DNA of 64,000 nt from Candidatus Peribacteria bacterium (GTDB taxonomy: Bacteria; Patescibacteriota; Gracilibacteria; Peribacterales; Peribacteraceae): positions 8,005-72,004 of the forward strand of contig JAQBQQ010000023.1 of the NCBI GenBank assembly GCA_028286915.1. The letters run 5' to 3'. Position numbers and translations under genes: made by a program. Position 1 is the first letter of the stretch; the number at the start of each line of letters is the position of its first letter. The notes beneath the pieces were generated by a model, which saw nothing but the letters and a program-made list of their open reading frames with translations, had not been told where the DNA came from and made no database searches. Of this stretch, positions 47,803 through 55,979 are shown piece by piece.

Positions 47803-48399
47803 CTATTCATCCTCGTCCTCGTGCTCATCTTTCAGACAATGTTTCTGAATGGTCTTCCAGTCGTAGGGGAACTTGAAGGTTTCCACGGCGCGGACAATGG
47901 CGGCAAAGCAAAGCCAGGGATTTTCTTTGGTATAGATGAAGGAGTTTCCGCTTTCCTCGACAGGGTTATAATCTTCCAGAATTGTCTGCGGAAGTGAGAC
48001 GGGGATAACGGCATGGGTAAGACATTGCAGTATATCTTCCCTGGTTGGGTCACCGAAGAAGATGGCCATATCGGAGGCGGCCATCATTTTGCGGATACCG
48101 GTTTCATCATGCGGGACAATGTGCACGCGGTGTGATTCCTCATTTGTCAGTTTCGTAAACAGCGCGCCATAATCAGCTGTGCCTTTGCCCAGGATAAGAA
48201 GCTGAATGTTCTGGCTCAGAATTCCGGGTAAAGCCGCTTTCATCAGCTCGCCGCCAAGCGCATCTGTCATACCCAGTGGCAGACAAAGCAGTGGAACTTT
48301 CGGTTCCTTTGGCCAACCACACTCCATTTGCATGGCGAGCTTGGTTTGCATTTTCTGCTCCAACGGGCCGGGGACTTTCTTGGAAAGGGAAGCGTGCAT
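47803..48399 (-). CDS. stand-alone glycogen synthase (GT5) C-terminal-like domain
   Basis: IQLLILGKG, MMAASDM, LEDYNPVEESGNSF, AIVRAVETFKFPYDWKTIQ. Confidence 0.65.
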   Translation of the reverse strand: MHASLSKKVPGPLEQKMQTKLAMQMECGWPKEPKVPLLCLPLGMTDALGGELMKAALPGILSQNIQLLILGKGTADYGALFTKLTNEESHRVHIVPHDETGIRKMMAASDMAIFFGDPTREDILQCLTHAVIPVSLPQTILEDYNPVEESGNSFIYTKENPWLCFAAIVRAVETFKFPYDWKTIQKHCLKDEHEDEDE

Positions 48400-48577
48400 G
48401 AATGTGTGTGGGTTTTGATATGAAGATATTAGGTTATTATAGCGGAAAATTGACGGCCACGGTAGTCAGCACTTATTGACAATATATATGTATATTATTA
48501 AATATAATTGTCGTGAAAACCAGAAAAATAGACGCTCCATTCTTGTCCTTTTTCCAGAGGTAGAGCATTCTACGCCT

Positions 48578-49531
48578 ATGCGACAGCATCTTGTGCTTAT
48601 TGATGGCCACCACCTTATGTATCGGGCTTTTTTTGCCATTCCGCGCACTATGCAGACATCCGGAGGAGAGCTGACAAATGCCGTGTTCGGCGTGGCGTCC
48701 ATGCTGCTGACGATTATAAAAATGGAGCAGCCGGACAGCCTGGCCTTTTGTTTTGATGCCGGCGAGGCGACGTTTCGGCATCAGGAGAATGCAACGTATA
48801 AAGACGGCCGCGCCACGACACCGGATGAATTTTATACGCAGATCCCGCGGATTCTGGAGCTTATAGACGCCTTCGGTTTCAGGCATGTGGCCGATGCGCA
48901 GTATGAAGCCGATGATTTTTTGGGTGCCTATGCCTGTCAGGCGGCAGAAGACGGCATGCGCGCCACTATTGTAAGTGGCGACCGTGACTTGTTTCAGATG
49001 GCATCGGAGCATATTCGCATTGCCATACCGCATAAGGCGTATCAGCAGGCGGAGTACCTGGGGCCGCAGGAGATTCTGGCCAAGTATGGCGTGCGGCCGG
49101 ATCAAATTGCTTCGTATAAAGGTCTTACCGGCGACAGCTCGGATAATCTGCCCGGTGTTACGGGCATTGGTCCCAAGACTGCGTCCGGGCTTCTGCAGCA
49201 GTATGGAACATTGCAGGGTATTTATGATCACATAGAGGATGTAAAGCCGACGGTACGTGAAAAGCTGCTGCGGGATAAAGAGCAGGCATTCTTTTGTGAG
49301 CGCATGGCCACCCTGGTGTGTGATTTGCCATTGCCGTTGCCACTGGAGGAATTGGCATTGCAGACTATTCCGGTTGATGCGGCACATGCGCTGTTTGAGG
49401 AGCTGGAATTTACCATGCTTTCCCGTCGCCTGGATTCGCTGTGTAAAACGCCTTACGGACTGGCTCATTTCCAGGTGTCTGATACGGAAAAAAAGAAAGT
49501 GGAAGCGGCATCGCAGCTGTCGTTGTTTTAG
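48578..49531 (+). CDS. stand-alone 5'-3' exonuclease (PolA N-terminal domain)
   Basis: LIDGHHLMYRAFFA, TNAVFG, YKDGR, YEADD, SGDRDLFQ, GDSSDNLPGVTGIGPKTA. Confidence 0.92.
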   Translation: MRQHLVLIDGHHLMYRAFFAIPRTMQTSGGELTNAVFGVASMLLTIIKMEQPDSLAFCFDAGEATFRHQENATYKDGRATTPDEFYTQIPRILELIDAFGFRHVADAQYEADDFLGAYACQAAEDGMRATIVSGDRDLFQMASEHIRIAIPHKAYQQAEYLGPQEILAKYGVRPDQIASYKGLTGDSSDNLPGVTGIGPKTASGLLQQYGTLQGIYDHIEDVKPTVREKLLRDKEQAFFCERMATLVCDLPLPLPLEELALQTIPVDAAHALFEELEFTMLSRRLDSLCKTPYGLAHFQVSDTEKKKVEAASQLSLF

Positions 49532-49943
49532 GGAGGGGCAACAGAAGCGGGAGACGCAAGAGAGGTGCAGAAAACCATTGTGTCTTCTGTGCTCCTGTTT
49601 TCTTTCTCAAGAACATACAAATCACGTGTTTTCTATTTTCTTCATAAATATTGCCAGTAAGTTTTTTTGCTGATGCGTCATGGAGTTTTTTCTTATGATC
49701 ACAAATGATGAACAGTGTTATTTTGCATGCATTCTGTTGAATACTTTTTTTGGTTTATGCTTTCGTATGGCGCTAAAAATTGAGTAGTTCTTGTGAACAT
49801 ACAATGAGTATCTGTATACCAAACGTAGTCAAAGCGCTCTTGCACACAAGTTTCTTCGGAGATTAGACTGATTCAGATTTCACTTTTTGTGATCAGCTCT
49901 CCATCCGCTCTCTTCTCTTACTTCACGATCCCATTCCATCGCC

Positions 49944-51179
49944 ATGCCAAAAGAACGCGTTCTCGCCAGTCTTGATATAGGAAGTTCTAAAATTCGGACC
50001 GTTATTGCTGTCGTTGACGGTGAAAAACAGGTGGAGCGTGTTCCAAGCGTTATTGGTGTCGGCGTATCGCCGTCACTGGGTATGCGCAAGGGGCATGTAA
50101 TTGATGTTGAAGAGCTCATCCATAATATCATCTCTTCCCTGGAAGACGCCGAGCGGATGGCTGGCGTTCCGGTGAACCATGTATTCGTGGGTATGAGCGG
50201 TTCGCATATTGAGTCATTTGACAGCCGCGGCGTCATTGCCATTTCCGGTTCGGAGATTTCCATTGAGGATATTATGCGCGTTTTGGAGGCGGCTCAGGCT
50301 GTGAGTATTCCGCAGAATCGTCGCATTTTGCATATTGAACCAAAATCATATGCTGTAGACGAACAGCGTGGTATCAAAAACCCGACCGGCATGACCGGTA
50401 TTCGTCTGGAAGTGGAGGCGCACATTGTGACCGGTCACATTCAGCATGTGAAGAATATAGAGAAGTGCATAGATCAGGCCGGCGTGGATATAGATGCGCT
50501 GGTGCCTGCCACTATTGCCGCACCGGAAGCAACGCTTACCAAGCGTCAGAAAGAATTGGGCGTGGTGTGTATAGATATTGGTGCCGGTTGTACGGGTATT
50601 ACGGTGTTTGAAGAGGGAACTATTTTGCACTCGGTCAATCTGCCAATCGGTGGCGAGAGCGTGACATCGGATATCGCTATCGGGCTCAGGACTTCTATAG
50701 ATACGGCGGAGAAGATTAAGATTGAGTACGGTTCCGTACTGCCTACCGAAATGAATGAACGTGACATGATTGATCTGTCATCGGTAAGCAAAGTGGATAC
50801 GCAGACCATCAGCCGTCGCTACATGGCGGAAATTATGCAGGCCCGTTACTACGAAATTTTCTCGCTGGCCAAAGCGGAGCTTACGCGCTTGGGCAGAGCA
50901 GGAATGTTGCCTGCAGGAGCGGTGCTTACGGGTGCTGCCGTCAAGGCGCCCGGTGTTATCGATTTAGCCCGTGATGTTCTTGGGCTGCCGGTCCAGATGG
51001 GCTTTCCGGTGGATATTGGCGGTGTCATAGAAAAGGTGGACGACCCGGCATATGCCACGGCGCTTGGAACACTTATCTGGGGTATGCGTGATGATGAGAA
51101 CGCTGTTCGCGGCAGTTCTTTCCAGATGAAGCGTGCTGTGAAACAGGTAAGTTCCTGGCTTAAAAGTTTATTCCCTTAG
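49944..51179 (+). CDS. ftsA: cell division protein FtsA
   Basis: LDIGSSKI, GMRKG, GMTGIRLE, CIDIGAG, DIAIGLRT, AEKIK. Confidence 0.97.
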   Translation: MPKERVLASLDIGSSKIRTVIAVVDGEKQVERVPSVIGVGVSPSLGMRKGHVIDVEELIHNIISSLEDAERMAGVPVNHVFVGMSGSHIESFDSRGVIAISGSEISIEDIMRVLEAAQAVSIPQNRRILHIEPKSYAVDEQRGIKNPTGMTGIRLEVEAHIVTGHIQHVKNIEKCIDQAGVDIDALVPATIAAPEATLTKRQKELGVVCIDIGAGCTGITVFEEGTILHSVNLPIGGESVTSDIAIGLRTSIDTAEKIKIEYGSVLPTEMNERDMIDLSSVSKVDTQTISRRYMAEIMQARYYEIFSLAKAELTRLGRAGMLPAGAVLTGAAVKAPGVIDLARDVLGLPVQMGFPVDIGGVIEKVDDPAYATALGTLIWGMRDDENAVRGSSFQMKRAVKQVSSWLKSLFP

Positions 51180-51244
51180 GCGTTTTTCCGCCCTGGCGGA
51201 TAACTCCACACTATATCTTTCCCACTGATTTTCTCCCCCCTCCC

Positions 51245-52477
51245 ATGTCCGATACTTTTCGCTCTCTCTTCTCTGGCTCAAAAGGCACCGGCGCCGGTGG
51301 CACGCGCGGTGACGATACATCCGGCTCCGGCCGCGAAGTGCGCCCCGATGTTTTGCCCGGTGCGGTTATCCGCGTTTTGGGAGCCGGTGGCGGTGGAGCC
51401 AATGCTGTTGCCCGTATGATCCAAGGGAAAATTCAGGGTGTTGAGTTTATTGCCGTCAATACAGACGTGCAGGCGCTTTACAATAACCCGGCGCAGAAGA
51501 AAATCACGATTGGCCGCGGAACCACGCGCGGGCTTGGCGCCGGTGCCAACCCGGAAATAGGCAAGCGTGCCGCCGAGGAAAGTATGGAGGAAATCAAGGC
51601 TGCCATAGAAGGAACAGACCTGCTCTTTATTACGGTTGGCCTGGGTGGCGGTACGGGTACGGGCTGCGTTGCTGTTATTGCCGAAGCCGCCCGCAGCATG
51701 GGTATACTAACTGTTGCCGTCGTTACCCGTCCGTTCAGCTTTGAAGGCTTCAAGCGCAAGAAGCAGGCTGATGAGGCACTGGAGGCACTCAAAGGAAAAG
51801 TAGATACGTTGATCACTATTCCGAATGATAAGATTTTGTCCCTTATTGATAAGACGACACCGCTCACCGAGGCCTTCCAGGTGGTGGATGAAGTCTTGAA
51901 GCATGCCATTGAGGGCATTTCCACGCTCATCACCGTTCACGGTATCGTGAACGTCGACTTTGCCGACGTGAAAGCCATTATGCAGGATGCCGGTACGGCA
52001 CTCATGGGTATCGGTTACGGAACAGGCGATAACCGCGCCGCCGAGGCCGCCCGCGCAGCTATCGATAGCCCGCTTTTGGAAACCAGCATTACCGGCGCGC
52101 AGGGAATTCTGTTCAACGTTACCGGTGGAAACGATCTCTCCATGTACGAAGTGGATGAAGCAGCCCGCATTATTACGGAGGCCGCCGCACCGGAAGCGAA
52201 CATTATCTTTGGTGCCGTTATCGACGAAGCGTACACCGGCCAGGTAAAAGTGACGGTGGTAGCAACCGGGTTTGACGAAGCCGCCATGCAGAGCAGCCAA
52301 ATGGCCAGCCCCGCCCAGCGTATTGTGCAGAATAACTTCTCCCGTCCCAGTGATCAGCGTCAGGAGCCTTCCCGTTCTTCCCGCTCACAGGAAACAACAT
52401 ATAAATCTTCCGCCCTGGATTTGGACGAGCAGGAACTGGAAGTGCCGGCGTTTATGCGCAAGCCTCTTAGTAAATAA
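51245..52477 (+). CDS. ftsZ: cell division protein FtsZ
   Basis: GAGGGGANAV, TRGLGAGANPE, GLGGGTGTG, NVDFADV, C-terminal LEVPAFMRK. Confidence 0.98.
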   Translation: MSDTFRSLFSGSKGTGAGGTRGDDTSGSGREVRPDVLPGAVIRVLGAGGGGANAVARMIQGKIQGVEFIAVNTDVQALYNNPAQKKITIGRGTTRGLGAGANPEIGKRAAEESMEEIKAAIEGTDLLFITVGLGGGTGTGCVAVIAEAARSMGILTVAVVTRPFSFEGFKRKKQADEALEALKGKVDTLITIPNDKILSLIDKTTPLTEAFQVVDEVLKHAIEGISTLITVHGIVNVDFADVKAIMQDAGTALMGIGYGTGDNRAAEAARAAIDSPLLETSITGAQGILFNVTGGNDLSMYEVDEAARIITEAAAPEANIIFGAVIDEAYTGQVKVTVVATGFDEAAMQSSQMASPAQRIVQNNFSRPSDQRQEPSRSSRSQETTYKSSALDLDEQELEVPAFMRKPLSK

Positions 52478-52509
52478 TTACGTTAGTTCGTTGGTTGGTT
52501 TGTTCGTTT

Positions 52510-52547
52510 ATAGTTAAGGACCGCGAGTGATTGCGGTCTTTAACTAT
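52510..52547. terminator. hairpin between convergent ftsZ and eno
   Basis: atagttaaggaccgcg-agtga-ttgcggtctttaactat. Confidence 0.7.
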
Positions 52548-52602
52548 ATTTACATTTTGATCCTGGTATATTGAAACGATTAACGAGCCAACGATAAACC
52601 AA

Positions 52603-53880
52603 TCAACTAATAGTGAATGGCGACACATACGCCGCCTTCTCGCCAAGCTCTTCTTCTATGCGCAGCAGTTCGTTGTATTTGCACACGCGGTCGGTGCGGG
52701 AGAGGGAACCGGTTTTGATCTGACCGGTTTGCAGGCCTACTGCCAGGTGCGCAATGAATGTGTCTTCGGTCTCGCCACTGCGGTGGCTGACAACCGCATT
52801 CCAGCCGTTTTTCTGGGCCAGCTGAATGGCGTCCACTGTCTCGGAAATTGTGCCGATCTGGTTTACCTTGATAAGGACGGCATTGGCGGCTTTTTTCCGG
52901 AGTGCTTCTTCAATGCGTTTTACGTTTGTTACCAGTAAATCATCACCCACAATTTGCGTATGCGCCGATGCGGCCAGAAGGGAAGCGAAGCCGTCCCAGT
53001 CGTCTTCGCTGTGGCTGTCTTCCAGGCTAATGAGCGGGTACTCGCGCATGAGTTCCTGGTAGTAGGCGGTGAGTTCGGCGGAAGTCAGTTTTTTGCCGTC
53101 CACATTGTATGTTCCATCGGCATAAAATTCGGACGCGGCGGCATCGATACCGAGTTTTACACGGCCCGTGTAGCCGGCTGCATCAATGGCCTGCATAAGG
53201 AAGGCGAACGCCTCTTTGCTGTCTTTAACGTGCGGGGCGAACCCGCCTTCATCCCCTACGGCCGTACTGTGGCCGGCATCGTGCAGTAATTTTTTGAGTG
53301 TCATGAAGATTTCATCGCCGGCGCGGAGCGCTTCGGAAAAGCTGGCGAAATCCACCGGAATAATCATGCATTCCTGGAAGCTGAGGCCGCTGTCGGCGTG
53401 CTTGCCGCCATTAATGACGTTCATCATAGGCATTGGCAGTGTGATTTTCCCGGACAGTTCCACGCCATATTGTTCGGCCAGTGATTGCCAGAGGGATTTT
53501 TTATCTGACACGGACCGTGCGCGGCAAACGGCCATGGATACACCTAAAATGGCATTGGCGCCGAGTATGGATTTATTATCGGTGCCGTCCAATTGTATAA
53601 GCGCCGTATCAATAAGCCGCTGATCCGAAACGGACATTCCCTTGAGCTTGCTCAGAATAGGACCTTTCACATTCGCGACAGCTTTGTAGACGGATTTCCC
53701 CTGGTACAGCTTCTTGTCACCATCGCGCAGTTCCAGTGCTTCATGCGACCCCGTGGACGCACCGGATGGAACGGCAGCCCGGCCGAATGAGCCGTCACTA
53801 AGAAGACAATCGACTTCAATAGTAGGTGTGCCGCGGGAATCCAGAATCTGGCGGGCGGTAAGAGAAGAGATGGTTGGCAT
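52603..53880 (-). CDS. eno: enolase
   Basis: ILDSRG, VPSGASTG, GDEGGFAP, VGDDL, SHRSGETED, QIKTGS. Confidence 0.98.
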   Translation of the reverse strand: MPTISSLTARQILDSRGTPTIEVDCLLSDGSFGRAAVPSGASTGSHEALELRDGDKKLYQGKSVYKAVANVKGPILSKLKGMSVSDQRLIDTALIQLDGTDNKSILGANAILGVSMAVCRARSVSDKKSLWQSLAEQYGVELSGKITLPMPMMNVINGGKHADSGLSFQECMIIPVDFASFSEALRAGDEIFMTLKKLLHDAGHSTAVGDEGGFAPHVKDSKEAFAFLMQAIDAAGYTGRVKLGIDAAASEFYADGTYNVDGKKLTSAELTAYYQELMREYPLISLEDSHSEDDWDGFASLLAASAHTQIVGDDLLVTNVKRIEEALRKKAANAVLIKVNQIGTISETVDAIQLAQKNGWNAVVSHRSGETEDTFIAHLAVGLQTGQIKTGSLSRTDRVCKYNELLRIEEELGEKAAYVSPFTIS

Positions 53881-53957
53881 GGGGTGAGGAGGAAGGGCAG
53901 GTTGTAAGATACAAGTTTTAAGACTCACTATTCAAACGTAAGACTCAGCGGTACACA

Positions 53958-55370
53958 TTACGATACAGTCCGAACCTGAATAGAATTTACATTCTCGTCG
54001 TGCACGCTTACTTTGGACAGAAGGACAACCTTGTCACCCGCTTTGCGAATGCCGCGTTTCTTTAGTTCGCTGAAGGCTGCCTGAATAGTTGTTTCCGGAT
54101 CAGTGTCGTAAGGCAGAAGCAAAGGCTGGACGCCGAAAAGAATTTGCATGCGGCGCTGGAGGAGGGGATCCGCCGTAAAGGCTACAATAGGGAAGGCCGA
54201 GCGGCAGCGGCTGAGCGCGCGCGCCGTAGTACCGGTCTGGCTAAGGACAACAATAAGCGGGTTTTCCAGCGCGGTTGCCATGGTAACCGCAGCCAGGGCG
54301 CGGGCAATGGCCGGTTCTTCCTGTAAGTCTTCGTGGCAGAATATCTGTTCGGCGGTTGGCATGTGTGTTTCGGTTTCCACCAGCACGCGTGCCATCATTT
54401 CTAATGATTCCACCGGGTACTTGCCGGCAGCCATTTCGCCGGAGAGCATGGTGGTATCTGTTCCTGTTACGGCTGCGTGAGCAATATCCGTCACTTCCGC
54501 ACGCGTTGGCAGCGGGTGCAGAATCATGCTTTCCAGCATGTGCGTGGCTACGATCACCGGCTTCCCGGCTTCCCGGCAGTGCAATACGATTTCATCCTGA
54601 ATGGCCGGTACGCGTTCAATGGGAATCTCGGCACCCAGGTCGCCACGCGCCACCATAACAGCATCGGATTCCTGAATGATTTCGGCAATATTCTGTACGG
54701 CAATGTCGTTCTCTATCTTGGCGATAATCTGCATGGTTGAATTATTTTTCTTAATAAACTCGCGCACCTCGCGGATATCCTGTGCCGTGCGCACGAAAGA
54801 CAGTGCCACAAAATCCACTTGTTCCTGGCAGCCCATGGCAATGTCGGCATAGTCTTTCTCGGTAACGGATGGCAGGCTTACGTGTGCGCCAGGCAGATTT
54901 ATGTGCCGGCGGCTGCCAATGGAGCCGTCGCCCTGGGCGCGGCCATGCGCATGCGTGTCTGTTGCCTTAACTATATCGAAGAATAATTCACCGTTATCCA
55001 GCAGAATATATTTGGCCTGCTGCACGTCTTTGGCAAATTCCGGGTAATTGACCTTGATGACCTGCAGGCCTTTGGTATCTGTTATATCTTCATAGCTGAA
55101 AATAACTTCCTGGCCTTTGGTAATAGTAATCGGTGTTTCCACATCGCCGGTCCGGATTTCCGAGCCTTTGGTATCCAGCATAATCGCCATATTGATATCG
55201 CCTTTATCATTGAAGCCGCGGAGCATTTTGATAGTCTCGCGGTGGCTTTCCAGTGAGCCATGAGAGAAGTTAAGCCGCGCAATATTCATGCCGGCTTTGG
55301 CCAGCGATGTAACGCCCTCCGGTGAGTTGGATGCCGGGCCCAGTGTGCAAATAATTTTGGTAAGTCGCAT
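53958..55370 (-). CDS. pyk: pyruvate kinase
   Basis: TKIICTLGPAS, RLNFSHG, DTKGSEIRTG, IIAKIEN, MVARGDLG, PTRAEVTD. Confidence 0.97.
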   Translation of the reverse strand: MRLTKIICTLGPASNSPEGVTSLAKAGMNIARLNFSHGSLESHRETIKMLRGFNDKGDINMAIMLDTKGSEIRTGDVETPITITKGQEVIFSYEDITDTKGLQVIKVNYPEFAKDVQQAKYILLDNGELFFDIVKATDTHAHGRAQGDGSIGSRRHINLPGAHVSLPSVTEKDYADIAMGCQEQVDFVALSFVRTAQDIREVREFIKKNNSTMQIIAKIENDIAVQNIAEIIQESDAVMVARGDLGAEIPIERVPAIQDEIVLHCREAGKPVIVATHMLESMILHPLPTRAEVTDIAHAAVTGTDTTMLSGEMAAGKYPVESLEMMARVLVETETHMPTAEQIFCHEDLQEEPAIARALAAVTMATALENPLIVVLSQTGTTARALSRCRSAFPIVAFTADPLLQRRMQILFGVQPLLLPYDTDPETTIQAAFSELKKRGIRKAGDKVVLLSKVSVHDENVNSIQVRTVS

Positions 55371-55507
55371 AGTTGAGAATGAAAGAATTGATACTACTAG
55401 TCTACGTGATGGAAAAGGGAATAACAGACGAAATTCTAAGCACTAAGCACTAAATTCTAAACAGAGTTCTATTCGTTTAGAATTTAGGATTTAGAGTTTA
55501 GTGTTTT

Positions 55508-55939
55508 TTACGTATCGGTGCTTCCAAACCCGCCTCTCGTCTCCGCGCCATGGCCCTCCACTTCCTGCCATTCTGCTTTCTCGATCCTCACAAAAATACC
55601 CTGCGCAATGCGTTCGCCGCGTTCTACGGTTACCGGGGCATTGGTAATATTCTGTACCTGTACCAATAATTCATCTTTCTCGCCGTGGTAATCCTGGTCA
55701 ATAATGCCAATGCTGTGCGGACAAATGAGGCCTTTCTTCCGCGGCAGCGACGAGCGGGGAGTAATGATGAGCATGGTACCCGCCGGCACTTTCACAATTA
55801 CATTTCCCGGCACCAGACCTATTTTCCCCGGCTCAATAATGGTTGTTTCCCGCGTAATCAGATCAAATCCTACTGCACCGGACGTCTGGTACTCGGGGAG
55901 GGGAAGAGTGAGGTCTATACGCTGAATGGAGATCTGCAT
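55508..55939 (-). CDS. dut: dUTP diphosphatase
   Basis: GAVGFDL, PRSS, GIIDQDYHG, GERIAQ, RGGFGST. Confidence 0.95.
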   Translation of the reverse strand: MQISIQRIDLTLPLPEYQTSGAVGFDLITRETTIIEPGKIGLVPGNVIVKVPAGTMLIITPRSSLPRKKGLICPHSIGIIDQDYHGEKDELLVQVQNITNAPVTVERGERIAQGIFVRIEKAEWQEVEGHGAETRGGFGSTDT

Positions 55940-55979
55940 ACGGCGAGTATGGCAGAAGCCAGCGGGCCAGTACATTTGA

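Noticed and set aside
48473..49468. 331-aa minus-strand ORF
   Set aside because: Antisense shadow of the 5'-3' exonuclease gene.
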